64,000 nucleotides of DNA from an uncultured Gammaproteobacteria bacterium (GTDB lineage: Bacteria > Patescibacteriota > Patescibacteriia > UBA11705): the NCBI GenBank assembly GCA_964413735.1, contig CAYPSS010000001.1:56237-120236 (forward strand), read 5' to 3'. Made by a program: the position numbers and the translations under genes. This document shows, one piece after another, positions 8,903-18,367 of this stretch. The first letter of the stretch is position 1. Every line of letters starts with the position of its first letter. The notes below the pieces were generated by a model. That model saw nothing but the letters and a program-made list of their open reading frames with translations. It was not told where the DNA came from and made no database searches.

Positions 8903-10530
8903 ACATCAAAACCATAATTCACAATTGGCGTAAACGTGAATGGCTCACCATGCTGGGGATTTCATTATTTTTGATTTTTTTGATAATTATCCCTTTAATT
9001 TACGGACAAATAATAAAAGAGCCAACCGAAACAATTAGCGGTATTCATGTTTTAGCTCCCGGAGATTATCCGATTTATTATTCTTATATCAACCAAATCA
9101 AAAATCATGGTTGGCTACTTTTCAATCAATTTACCACCGAAAACCAATCTACGGGTATCTTCAATATTGTTTGGTTATTAATTGGTAAATTCGCCAATCT
9201 TTTTAATTTAAACGCAATCTGGGCCTTGAAAATTTTTCAATTGCTCTGCATTCCCATTTTGGTTTTTTCATTATATTTATTCATTTCTATTTTTACCGCC
9301 AACATATTAAAACGTCGCTGGGCTTTGATTTTTTCTTGTTTGGGCAGTGGTTTGGGCGTATATTTTGAATCTTTGATTTATACGAACAATGATATTTATT
9401 TTCGCTCAGCTGACTTGTGGATGCCGGAGGCCACCATTTTCAACACCATTTCTCATGTGCCTCATTTTATTTTAGCCACGTCTTTGATTTTTTTGATTTT
9501 CACTTTTTCATTTTTAGCTCTAAATCAAAATAAATATTATTATACTGTTTGGGCCGGCATTTTGACTTTGCTTTTGTTCAATTTTCATCCTTATCATATT
9601 CCTTTAATATATTTAACATTTTCAGTTTATGGATTAACCAAACTTTTTGATAAAAAGCTTTTGTTCAAAGAATTAATAAAGCATTTATTTATAATAGGTC
9701 TTATTTCTCTGCCAAGTATTATTTATCATTTTTACACCCTCACTGATCCGGTGATTTTTGCCCGTAGCTTACAAAATATAACTCTTAGTTCCCCTTTATA
9801 CTTTTATATATTCGGTCTTGGTATTTACTTTTTACTGTGGAGCGGGGGCGTTTACTTGTTGTACAAAAAATGGCTACCTTCCAAATTTTATTTTCTCATT
9901 ATTTGGATTTTAATTGCTTATTTACTCGCCTATTTACCCGGTTGGCAATTCCAAAGACGCTCAATTCAAGGCGTTATTATTGCCGTAGTAATGCTAAGTA
10001 TAGAATACTTGTATTATCTGATTTTTATTAAACGATTATCGTTTTTTCAAAATCGTTTATTCAAACAACCATTTTTTCTTAGCTTAATAATTATTTTTAT
10101 TTTTGCTCCTTCGTCTTTTTTTCTGGAATTGCGAGAATTTTATAATTATAAACAAAAAGGTGAGTTTTTTTATTTAAACAAAGACAAAACCTATGGTTTT
10201 GAATTTTTACGCAAATTACCAAGAGGGAATGTTTTAAGCAGTCAAATTACCTCAGTTTTTATTCCCTCTCATACCGGGAAAAGTGTTTTTTTCGGTCATG
10301 CTCATGAAACTATTGATTCAAAAAGAAAAAACCAACAAAAACAAAAGTATTTCACCAACCAAATGACCGAATCGGAAGAATTAAACTTTTTAAAAAAATA
10401 TAATTTACATTATTTTTGGTGGGATGATATTTTGCAAATCAAATATCCCAACTTTGATCCTCAGACAAAAACGTATTTTCAATCCCTGGCAGTTTTTGAC
10501 AATCAAGAAATTTTTATTATTGAATATTGA
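8899..10530 (+). CDS. Polytopic integral membrane protein (putative envelope glycosyltransferase/polymerase-like)
   Basis: 543 aa, many TM helices, translationally coupled to upstream membrane protein. Confidence 0.45.
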   Translation: MNIKTIIHNWRKREWLTMLGISLFLIFLIIIPLIYGQIIKEPTETISGIHVLAPGDYPIYYSYINQIKNHGWLLFNQFTTENQSTGIFNIVWLLIGKFANLFNLNAIWALKIFQLLCIPILVFSLYLFISIFTANILKRRWALIFSCLGSGLGVYFESLIYTNNDIYFRSADLWMPEATIFNTISHVPHFILATSLIFLIFTFSFLALNQNKYYYTVWAGILTLLLFNFHPYHIPLIYLTFSVYGLTKLFDKKLLFKELIKHLFIIGLISLPSIIYHFYTLTDPVIFARSLQNITLSSPLYFYIFGLGIYFLLWSGGVYLLYKKWLPSKFYFLIIWILIAYLLAYLPGWQFQRRSIQGVIIAVVMLSIEYLYYLIFIKRLSFFQNRLFKQPFFLSLIIIFIFAPSSFFLELREFYNYKQKGEFFYLNKDKTYGFEFLRKLPRGNVLSSQITSVFIPSHTGKSVFFGHAHETIDSKRKNQQKQKYFTNQMTESEELNFLKKYNLHYFWWDDILQIKYPNFDPQTKTYFQSLAVFDNQEIFIIEY

Positions 10531-12199
10531 TTTTTTCCGATCCGCCAATTACTTTATAATCAATTATATCTTCACTAAAACCCACTTTATTTAAAACTGT
10601 TTTACCCATAATTTCAATTGGCTGTACTATAAAATGTTTTGTTTCCGGCAAAAAAGACAAGGACCTTTCCTGTCTTCCTTTGGCGATATGAATTATCTTT
10701 TCACTCAATACTTGGCCACTGCCATTTTTTTGTTGGATCAAATAATTACCCGGCTGAGAGAAATTAACTGTCCGGAAATGGCTGAGATCTAAATCAAAAT
10801 TTTCCACCCCTAACCCAATAAACGAGAAATCATCAATAAATGCCCGCGGTTTTTTCCGTACTAATAAATCATAGATGTAATTCTCCGCCTTACCAGAAAC
10901 ATTCTTGTTTTTCAACTGAAAAGTAAGAATATCCGCTTCGTTAAAAATCACATTATCAATTTGCTGCGGCACCATATATGGTTTATCCGAAAACTGCCGA
11001 AAACCTTGATCTACATATGATAAAGCGTATAAATTTTTATTACCCGTTAAGTAGGGCAAAAAGTCGTACCCGGCGACAACATTGGCTTCAGACGGAAGTT
11101 TATTTATTATTTCACTAAAAAAATATTTTTCTATCTCCGGTCGCTTAATTTTGTTAATTTCCATAATCGGACCAAGCGTAATAAACGAATAAATGGTAGC
11201 GCTAATTAAAAAAATTGGTAAAAACTTTTGATAAGCAATTAAAACTTTAATTTTATTGAGCAAAATCTCGTGCACCACATAAATCAAGACGATAAATCCA
11301 ACGACTAAAAATAATGTCGCATAATGTCCCCGCAATACGATGGTGCCAAGCCCGCCAATTAAGACATATTGCGCATAAATCGGGATTAAAGGGAATAAAT
11401 ATTTTAACCGCAAAAATGGTAAAAAACCAAATGGCAAAAATATCCCGAACAACAAGTCCAGTTGATCCAAAGTAAAAATTTTTGACCAAAAATCTAGGTA
11501 ATAAATACCATATTTATATGCCCCCTGATTGAAAAATGATATTAAAACCAAGGATAAAATAAACCACAACAAACCACTCACAAAAGCAAAAATACTATAA
11601 CGATTAATTTTCCGTTCTTTTAATAACAAACCTAAACCAAAAAACATTATGATTAGGGACACATCCTCACGAACCATCAAGGAAGCCAAAGAAAAAATAA
11701 CAAAGGGAACCCATGCTTTCTTTAAGTAAAAATAAAACGAAAAAAACAAAAAAAACAAAGCCATGGGCAAAACATGAAATTCAAACAAAGCCATTTGCCA
11801 AACAAACGGATTTAACAAATATAAAACAACAAACAACCAGGCATATTTTTTATCTGTCAAAACTTGACGGGCGATCAAAAATAACGGCCAGCCGGCTAAA
11901 CAAATAAACGCTGCTTGAATAAACAATAAAAAAATCGGCGAAGAAAAACCCCAGTATCCCAAAGTCAATGGCAAAAGCCATAATTCCAAATGATCCCCAA
12001 AATATACCCCGCCCTGAATCGTGGAATAAAACCAATTACCATTAATGGTATTTTGTAAAACATTACTATAAATAGCCAAATCCAAACAATTATAACGAAA
12101 ATTGTTAAATTTATAAATTATCAAGCCAAACATTAAACCAAAAGCTACCGCAATTATAGTGAACAGTAATAAATTTTGTTTTCGATTTGATAAATTCAT
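10517..12199 (-). CDS. Polytopic membrane protein, DUF2079-like
   Basis: 560 aa; N-terminal TM then LDLAIYSNVLQNT...GGVYFGDHLE block resembling the DUF2079 membrane family; multiple TM helices. Confidence 0.45.
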   Translation of the reverse strand: MNLSNRKQNLLLFTIIAVAFGLMFGLIIYKFNNFRYNCLDLAIYSNVLQNTINGNWFYSTIQGGVYFGDHLELWLLPLTLGYWGFSSPIFLLFIQAAFICLAGWPLFLIARQVLTDKKYAWLFVVLYLLNPFVWQMALFEFHVLPMALFFLFFSFYFYLKKAWVPFVIFSLASLMVREDVSLIIMFFGLGLLLKERKINRYSIFAFVSGLLWFILSLVLISFFNQGAYKYGIYYLDFWSKIFTLDQLDLLFGIFLPFGFLPFLRLKYLFPLIPIYAQYVLIGGLGTIVLRGHYATLFLVVGFIVLIYVVHEILLNKIKVLIAYQKFLPIFLISATIYSFITLGPIMEINKIKRPEIEKYFFSEIINKLPSEANVVAGYDFLPYLTGNKNLYALSYVDQGFRQFSDKPYMVPQQIDNVIFNEADILTFQLKNKNVSGKAENYIYDLLVRKKPRAFIDDFSFIGLGVENFDLDLSHFRTVNFSQPGNYLIQQKNGSGQVLSEKIIHIAKGRQERSLSFLPETKHFIVQPIEIMGKTVLNKVGFSEDIIDYKVIGGSEKINIQ

Positions 12200-12225
12200 A
12201 CTTATTCATTATAAACAATACTTTT

Positions 12226-12258
12226 AAAACAAAAAAGCCCCCTAAAGGGGCTTTTGTA
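12226..12258 (-). terminator. Rho-independent terminator downstream of pilin-like gene 12263..12658
   Basis: aaagccccctaaaggggcttt hairpin with flanking A/T runs. Confidence 0.55.
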
Positions 12259-12262
12259 ATTT

Positions 12263-12658
12263 TTATCGTCCGGCAGTTCCGGTTGCTTCTGTTAATCTTG
12301 AAACCACAAAGTTGGTAATCCCATAAGCGGCCAAAATAATCACCAAACCAATAATGGCGTTGGTTAAATATTTTTTACCTTGTTCCACCCCATCTTTTTC
12401 ACCACCGGCAGTCATATACTTAAACCCGCCAATAATAATCATAATCACCATCACCACGCCCAAAAAACTTAAAATAATATTAATGATTCGACCAATAATT
12501 ACCGGCAAATCATCTGATGGAGTTTCCCCTGGACCATAAATTCCTTCACCGGTATTTACTAAAGTCCCTTGAATGTCCACTTGGGCCAAAACGCTTGGCG
12601 CCACAAGCAAGAGACAAACCAGCAACCCAAGGAAATACCCGAAAAGTTTTGTCTTCAT
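12263..12658 (-). CDS. Small secreted two-TM pilin-like protein (TrbC/VirB2-type T4SS pilin-like family), paralog 1
   Basis: 131 aa; Sec signal peptide, short variable region, conserved C-terminal block IIGRIINIILSFLGVVMVIMIIIGGFKYMTAGGEKD...AIIGLVIILAAYGITNFVVSRL shared by 8 tandem paralogs. Confidence 0.5.
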   Translation of the reverse strand: MKTKLFGYFLGLLVCLLLVAPSVLAQVDIQGTLVNTGEGIYGPGETPSDDLPVIIGRIINIILSFLGVVMVIMIIIGGFKYMTAGGEKDGVEQGKKYLTNAIIGLVIILAAYGITNFVVSRLTEATGTAGR

Positions 12659-12691
12659 AATTTTATTATGTTAATTATTTATATTTAATTA

Positions 12692-13087
12692 TTAATCAAT
12701 TAAATAAGCTGACTCCATTAATCGTCTTACCACAAATGAGGTAATAGAATAAGCCGTCACACAAATTACCAGGCCGATAATCGCATTGGTAATGGTTTTC
12801 TTGGCTTCCTCTAATTTGGTTTTATCCCCTTCGGCCGTCATATATTTCACCCCGGCCAAAATAATGAGCACCATCATCACTACCGCTAAAACCGCCAAAA
12901 CAATGGAAATAATTCGACCAATCACGGCCGGCAAATACGGCGCGTCCGCATGTCCGTAACTTTCATTACCAAAAGTACCCATGGCATTACCCGCTTGTTC
13001 CTGCAAAGAACTGGCCGCCAAAACTTCCCCGCCTAGAAAAAGCGCGAAAATTAATAGCAAAGTAATTAATATTTTTTTATTAAACAT
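12692..13087 (-). CDS. Pilin-like two-TM protein, paralog 2
   Basis: 131 aa; same architecture (VIGRIISIVLAVLAVVMMVLIILAGVKYMTAEGDKTKLEEAKK...IIGLVICVTAYSITSFVVRRL). Confidence 0.5.
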   Translation of the reverse strand: MFNKKILITLLLIFALFLGGEVLAASSLQEQAGNAMGTFGNESYGHADAPYLPAVIGRIISIVLAVLAVVMMVLIILAGVKYMTAEGDKTKLEEAKKTITNAIIGLVICVTAYSITSFVVRRLMESAYLID

Positions 13088-13303
13088 ATGATTAAAAAAG
13101 TAATAAGCAAGAAAGTGCTAAGCGAGATAAGTAAGACAAGTGAGACAAGTAAAACGAGTGAAACGAGTATTAAAAGGGGTTAGGGATAAGGGATTAGGGG
13201 GGCTAGAAAATGAGGGAATAAAAATAAAAACCATATTCTCACTCTGAACTTGTTTCAGAGTCTGTGCTATGATCTGGACAAATAAAAAGATCTATTACAG
13301 TGT
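13088..13303. repeat. Modular intergenic repeat block (gtaag-rich block, G-tract block, 29-bp palindromic element)
   Basis: gtaagacaagtg/aagcaagaaagt motifs at 13100-13170 also found at 21962-22035 and 24150-24215; G4-type motif ggggttagggataagggattaggggggg at 13176-13202; ttctcactctgaacttgtttcagagtctg at 13237-13265 identical to 24428-24456. Confidence 0.7.
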
Positions 13304-13699
13304 CTATGAGGTCGGGGAAATTAAAGCATTAATCAAAATTTGATTCATTACATAACTGGAAATTGAATACGCGAGCAAAATTATAATAAGGCCAATAATA
13401 CCGTTTTTGATCCAATCCTTAGCCTTTTCCACTTCATCCTTTTTTCCACCGGCCGTTAAATATTTATAACCACCCATTAAAATAATCACCGTTAAAACAA
13501 CACCGGAAACCACCAATACACCATTCACGATCCGTCCAATCACCACCAATAAATTTGACTCTGTTCCCTCGCCATAAACCGCTTCACCGCCCTGTTGTAG
13601 ATTTTGATTAGCGGTTTCAAAAACATTTTCCGCTTGAACCGACGTAAAAGCGCCAAACAATATTATAGTTAAGATCAAAAAAACTAATACTTTATTCAT
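13304..13699 (-). CDS. Pilin-like two-TM protein, paralog 3
   Basis: 131 aa; conserved block VIGRIVNGVLVVSGVVLTVIILMGGYKYLTAGGKKDEVEKAK. Confidence 0.5.
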   Translation of the reverse strand: MNKVLVFLILTIILFGAFTSVQAENVFETANQNLQQGGEAVYGEGTESNLLVVIGRIVNGVLVVSGVVLTVIILMGGYKYLTAGGKKDEVEKAKDWIKNGIIGLIIILLAYSISSYVMNQILINALISPTS

Positions 13700-13709
13700 A
13701 TTGCTTTAA

Positions 13710-14090
13710 TTATTGTTGAACATTTATTATCAATTGAATCACTTGAGTGGAAATCGCGTAAGCCAAACCAATAATAATTACGCCGATAATACTGTTGGTT
13801 AAATAAGCTTTGGCCTTGGTAATATTCTTAGAATCTTCACCGGCGAGCATATATAAGACTCCACCATAGATTATTAAAATCATTAAAACAAAACCAACCA
13901 AAGCCAGTACCCCATTAATAATGCGTCCCACTAACAATGTCAAATTGCCAGAGGCTCCAACATCAAATCCGGAAGCATCAGCAGTTGCATTTAATCCGGT
14001 GTCACTGGGTTCAAAAGCAATTACTGTCGTGATTCCCAGAGTAAAAACTATAATTAGTAATAAGAAACTGAATACAAATATTTTTTTCAT
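13710..14090 (-). CDS. Pilin-like two-TM protein, paralog 4
   Basis: 126 aa; conserved block LVGRIINGVLALVGFVLMILIIYGGVLYMLAGEDSKNITKAK. Confidence 0.5.
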   Translation of the reverse strand: MKKIFVFSFLLLIIVFTLGITTVIAFEPSDTGLNATADASGFDVGASGNLTLLVGRIINGVLALVGFVLMILIIYGGVLYMLAGEDSKNITKAKAYLTNSIIGVIIIGLAYAISTQVIQLIINVQQ

Positions 14091-14095
14091 AAATT

Positions 14096-14524
14096 TTATT
14101 TCATGGTTTGTGATCCCAAAAGATTAATAACATAATTGGCAATCCCATAACTCAAAGCAATCAAACCAAGGCCCAGCGCCGCATAAATAATGTAATTTCG
14201 TCCGGTACTAACCTTGTCCGAATCGCCACCGGCAAGCATCCAAGTTAATCCGCCATATAAAACCAACACAAAGAAAATCACGCCGACCATGGATAAAATC
14301 GCTTTGATAATATCACCAATTTTATTTTGTACCAATACTTGACCGTAAGCACCTTCCGAACCTTCTGGTAATAAATTGGCCGTCTTGGCGGTTTCGTCCA
14401 ACCCTTCGGTAATAGACTTAGCCGATACCATAAAACCGAAAAAAAACATTACTAAAATGGCGATTATTGTAATAATTTTTATTTTCATAATTGCTTCCGC
14501 TGAATTCAAAAAATTTAAATTCAC
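14096..14524 (-). CDS. Pilin-like two-TM protein, paralog 5
   Basis: 142 aa; conserved block IGDIIKAILSMVGVIFFVLVLYGGLTWMLAGGDSDKVSTGRN. Confidence 0.45.
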   Translation of the reverse strand: MNLNFLNSAEAIMKIKIITIIAILVMFFFGFMVSAKSITEGLDETAKTANLLPEGSEGAYGQVLVQNKIGDIIKAILSMVGVIFFVLVLYGGLTWMLAGGDSDKVSTGRNYIIYAALGLGLIALSYGIANYVINLLGSQTMK

Positions 14525-14562
14525 CGGAAGCAGCGGATATCAATCCGCTACTTTATAAAAAA

Positions 14563-14937
14563 CTAAGTACCCATGGTTGCTTCCATCAATCGACTGATAA
14601 CAAAAGTGGTGATAGCGTAAGCACTGAGAATAATCACCAAGCCGATAATACCGGAAATAATGTATTTTCGCGCATTATCAATTTTTTCTTGCGCTCCACC
14701 AGCCGTCATATACTTGAAACCACCGATCAAAATAATTACTACCGCCACAACGCCCAAAAAGCCCAAAGCCACATTGATAATGGCACCAACTGTTGTTCGA
14801 ATGTCTTTTGAACCTAGGATCAACTCATTTCCAATGGCATCAGTTCCAAATGGATCGTTTATTTGCGCCATAACCGGCATTACCAAAGAAAACGCAAAAA
14901 CCGCCACCACCAGAAACATTGTTAATTTTTTTAACAT
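14563..14937 (-). CDS. Pilin-like two-TM protein, paralog 6
   Basis: 124 aa; conserved block VGAIINVALGFLGVVAVVIILIGGFKYMTAGGAQEKIDNARK. Confidence 0.5.
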   Translation of the reverse strand: MLKKLTMFLVVAVFAFSLVMPVMAQINDPFGTDAIGNELILGSKDIRTTVGAIINVALGFLGVVAVVIILIGGFKYMTAGGAQEKIDNARKYIISGIIGLVIILSAYAITTFVISRLMEATMGT

Positions 14938-15011
14938 TTTTTTTTAGTTATTTATTAAAATTTGTTTATATATATAGCGACCTTTGGTTGTTTATATTAT
15001 AGCAAAATTCA

Positions 15012-16544
15012 TTATAATTTTGAAATAATGAAGTTGAGGACAGAATAACTAAGGAAAATAGCCGCCAAACCCAAAATGGCCCAAAGGAAAGTATCCTTGG
15101 CCTCTGTCACCTTTTTCTTATCGCCACCACTGAACATATAACTCAGTCCACCATAAACAAAAATTGCAAAAGCAACCGAGCCAATAATACCAAAAACATA
15201 CTTTAATAATTCTCCAATAATCAAGGGCACACTTTTCCCTGTACCAACCAAACCAGAGGAACTAAACTTCTGAATTTGCGCCACCATATCATTATACAAA
15301 GCCGTCCCCTTGCCTTCTTCGCCACCTATTTTTGGCGCCTCAGCTTTTAACTCATCACACTGCGCTTCTCGTTCGGCAATTTTGGTTTGGTCATCAAAAG
15401 CCGCGGCCGCTTCTTTACATTTTAAAAGTGCCGCCGCCTCGGCCGTTGTTGCCGATATTTCATTACAACTATTTCTTAAATCCTCAATATTATTAGAAGT
15501 TTCTGATAATTCCAAACATTTATTTTTAATTTTTGCCACAATATCCGACATCCCGATACCTAAATTTTTTACAGTTATACTGGCCTGACCACCCCAACTT
15601 GATTTAACACTTATCAAAGCTCCGCCTGATAATCCTCCAGTAATCGTAATGGTCTTACCATTATTACTACTAATACTAACAACTGATGATGATGATGTTT
15701 CCCAAGTAAAAGCAGTTTCAACTCCAACATTTTCAAAATTACTGGAAGCGGTCAATTGGATTTGTTGATCGTTGTTTATTGAAACTTCATTATTCGTAAC
15801 AGTAATTTCTGCTGGTAAAATCATTTGTAAAGAATCTTTTTGTGGAAACATCGCAAAATCTCCTCGCACATAACTATAAGCATCATTACATGATTGGGTT
15901 GGTTCAAATTCCAACAGTGAATCATAGAGGTAATTTGCCTGTTCCACCATAGGATAATTTTCAGCATGATTATAAGTAACCATCTTAAGGTAAGCGGCCC
16001 AAATACTAGAAACTTCTGAAAAGCTTTGAGCTTTTTGTAAATTTTCTTTTAAGCTGTTACTAAGCTCTGAATCAATATTTAATACCCCCTCAACAATAAC
16101 TTCTTTATCATATTTGGAAAAATTATTAGGAGAAGCAATATAAATTAAACGTTGAGGTATTGTAGTATTAAAAACTGCACAACCACGATATTCTTTATAA
16201 TCCACCTCGGTTTTTGATTTACTATTAGGGAATCGGGTAAAACAGAGATCTTTATTGATACTTGCTTCGGCAATTAAATCCCAAGTATATCGATTATAAT
16301 AATCAACAAATAAACGTTCCGGTGATTGGCGATATTCATTGGTAAAAGTATTAAAACAAGAATTAATACATTCTGTTTCAGAAGTGGCATCAATCAAGGA
16401 AGTTGAATCTTTGGTTACAGCAAAAGATTCCCGATCTGCATCAGCCACCTTCAAATAACAACAACATTTTGTCGCCTGAGCAACCGACAAATCAAAAATA
16501 AAAAAACTACAAACAATAATTAAACCGATTAAATATTTTTTCAT
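15012..16544 (-). CDS. Large pilin-like family member: signal peptide, Cys-rich region, Big_2-like Ig domain, coiled coil, C-terminal two-TM pilin module (putative tip/adhesin pilin)
   Basis: 510 aa; C-terminal LIIGELLKYVFGIIGSVAFAIFVYGGLSYMFSGGDKKKVTEAKD...LGLAAIFLSYSVLNFIISKL matches the neighbouring small paralogs; Ig-like segment AFTWETSSSSVVSISSNNGKTITITGGLSGGALISVKSS. Confidence 0.5.
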   Translation of the reverse strand: MKKYLIGLIIVCSFFIFDLSVAQATKCCCYLKVADADRESFAVTKDSTSLIDATSETECINSCFNTFTNEYRQSPERLFVDYYNRYTWDLIAEASINKDLCFTRFPNSKSKTEVDYKEYRGCAVFNTTIPQRLIYIASPNNFSKYDKEVIVEGVLNIDSELSNSLKENLQKAQSFSEVSSIWAAYLKMVTYNHAENYPMVEQANYLYDSLLEFEPTQSCNDAYSYVRGDFAMFPQKDSLQMILPAEITVTNNEVSINNDQQIQLTASSNFENVGVETAFTWETSSSSVVSISSNNGKTITITGGLSGGALISVKSSWGGQASITVKNLGIGMSDIVAKIKNKCLELSETSNNIEDLRNSCNEISATTAEAAALLKCKEAAAAFDDQTKIAEREAQCDELKAEAPKIGGEEGKGTALYNDMVAQIQKFSSSGLVGTGKSVPLIIGELLKYVFGIIGSVAFAIFVYGGLSYMFSGGDKKKVTEAKDTFLWAILGLAAIFLSYSVLNFIISKL

Positions 16545-16547
16545 ATA

Positions 16548-16913
16548 TTATTGCGTGGCAATAGCCGATATTACCACTTTCAAAATTATTCCCCCACCCA
16601 GAACAATCAAAAGGCCGATAATAGCGTAAACAATCGTGTCCTTAGCTTTTTTAATAAAATCCGGTTTAGCCCCACCGGCAATATACATGAGACCACCGGC
16701 CACCAAGGCCACCAACGCCAAACTTCCGGAAATACCTAAAGCAAAAGTAACGATGTTAATTACCGTTTCCTCGAAAACCGTCAGATTACAGGTAGTTAAA
16801 CTGCCGGTTTTGCATTCGGTTGGCACCAAGCCTTGGAAAGTCGCACCCTGCGCCTGAAAACCAAAACCCATCAATATCATCATCAAGCTGAAAATTAAAA
16901 TTTTATTTTTCAT
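16548..16913 (-). CDS. Pilin-like two-TM protein, paralog 8
   Basis: 121 aa; conserved block FALGISGSLALVALVAGGLMYIAGGAKPDFIKKAKD. Confidence 0.45.
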   Translation of the reverse strand: MKNKILIFSLMMILMGFGFQAQGATFQGLVPTECKTGSLTTCNLTVFEETVINIVTFALGISGSLALVALVAGGLMYIAGGAKPDFIKKAKDTIVYAIIGLLIVLGGGIILKVVISAIATQ

Positions 16914-16920
16914 ATTTAAT

Positions 16921-18363
16921 TTATTTCATGGTTTGCTGAACTTTTTGCACCGCCAAATCAATCACTTGTCGTGAAGTAAACTCACCGGTTTGCAAAGAAT
17001 CAATCATTTCTTGAAATATTTTTTCCGTTGCCGGTTGGTTTTTTCCACGATACCAAGATTTAGCGGTCAAAGTTTGTTCTACGAAAACCGCGACCGCATC
17101 ATTTTCCAATTGTTTATCATACAAGGAGCGCAGGGCGGTTGGCTTTTGAGTCTTCTCCAAATACTTTTCCGCTTGTTTTTGCTCGGTCATAAAACGAATG
17201 AAATCCCAAGCATAATTTTTGTTCTTTGATTTATTGGAAACACTATGCACCCAATAATTGGCATAATTCAATTCTTCATAACCTTGAACTTGTAACATCG
17301 GCGCAATATCAAAGTTTAATTTTGGCGCTTGAGAAACAATAATCGGACGATGATAAGCATAACCCAAAAAATAAGCGGACTTACCATCAATAAAAGCCTT
17401 TAATGAATTATCCATTTTGTTATTCCAAGTATATGATTTCAAAATCGGATCCGCAAAAGAAGCATAAAACTCCAAAGCATTGATGGCCGGAGCCTTGGTA
17501 ATTTCCGGCTGTCCGGCTAATTCACGAGGAATACGATGAAAATTAACATTTCCCGCTTCATCTACCATTTCCGCTTTTAATTGCATCATCAATAACGACA
17601 AAATATCAAAACTGCGTTCAATGTTGGTCGATGTCCCCAGCGGGATTCCGGCTAACAAAATATTATTATTGTTATCAACCCGTCTGATTTTCTCAATCTG
17701 TGATTCAAGCTCCGTCCAATATTGCGCCGGCAAAGGAATTTTCGCATTATTCAAAATATCTTTATTATAATACAAAGCCAAAGTATCTAAACTTAAAGGC
17801 AACCCGAAGACTCGATAATTCCACTTGGGATCATTTTCCGTGCCATCATTATAGCGCCACACCACATCACGCGAAACCGTATCCCCAAACATGGTTTCAA
17901 TTTGTTTGGGCGTATACATTTTTTGTTGTTGAATCACTATTCGCTCTTCTTGTTTAACCGTTCCGGTCACAATTTTAAAAGGTAAATTCACCGAAGCCGG
18001 CATTGGTTCCAATAAATTAAGATATTCATTAACCCAAGTATTATGCAAAGAAAAAATATCCGGGCCTTGATCCAAAGCAAAGGATTTAATCAATTCATCC
18101 TTGTATTCTTCCGGTTTCAACTGTTTAAACTCAATTGAAACATTGGGGTGCAAGGCGCGATAATCATTAATAATTTCATTATATGCTTCGCGCGTATCAT
18201 GCACTGTCCAAAAAACCAATTTTACCGGAGTTAATGCGCCCGTTTCACCTTGTTTAGAACAACTTAATCCGATCGTCGTAAACATGACCACCAAAAGAAA
18301 CAAAGACATTATTCGAATTTTTTGTTTTTTATTAGATAAAATAGCCCGAATGATTTTATTCAT
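16921..18363 (-). CDS. Lipoprotein extracellular solute-binding protein (ABC transporter SBP family 1, sugar-type)
   Basis: 480 aa; signal peptide with lipobox-like GLSC; overall SBP_bac_1 style composition; no permease genes adjacent. Confidence 0.6.
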   Translation of the reverse strand: MNKIIRAILSNKKQKIRIMSLFLLVVMFTTIGLSCSKQGETGALTPVKLVFWTVHDTREAYNEIINDYRALHPNVSIEFKQLKPEEYKDELIKSFALDQGPDIFSLHNTWVNEYLNLLEPMPASVNLPFKIVTGTVKQEERIVIQQQKMYTPKQIETMFGDTVSRDVVWRYNDGTENDPKWNYRVFGLPLSLDTLALYYNKDILNNAKIPLPAQYWTELESQIEKIRRVDNNNNILLAGIPLGTSTNIERSFDILSLLMMQLKAEMVDEAGNVNFHRIPRELAGQPEITKAPAINALEFYASFADPILKSYTWNNKMDNSLKAFIDGKSAYFLGYAYHRPIIVSQAPKLNFDIAPMLQVQGYEELNYANYWVHSVSNKSKNKNYAWDFIRFMTEQKQAEKYLEKTQKPTALRSLYDKQLENDAVAVFVEQTLTAKSWYRGKNQPATEKIFQEMIDSLQTGEFTSRQVIDLAVQKVQQTMK

Positions 18364-18367
18364 ATTT

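Noticed and set aside
13176-13202. Telomere-like TTAGGG repeats (ggggttagggataagggattaggggggg)
   Set aside because: Only two TTAGGG units in a circular-type bacterial genomic context. Interpreted instead as a G-tract/G4-prone block within a dispersed repeat element.
12354-16857. Antisense ORFs within the pilin-like genes (e.g. 12354..12539, 13921..14127, 14660..14947, 15310..15588, 16636..16857)
   Set aside because: They overlap the conserved, paralog-supported minus-strand genes. The hydrophobic-coding regions give stop-poor antisense frames, and there is no independent support for them.
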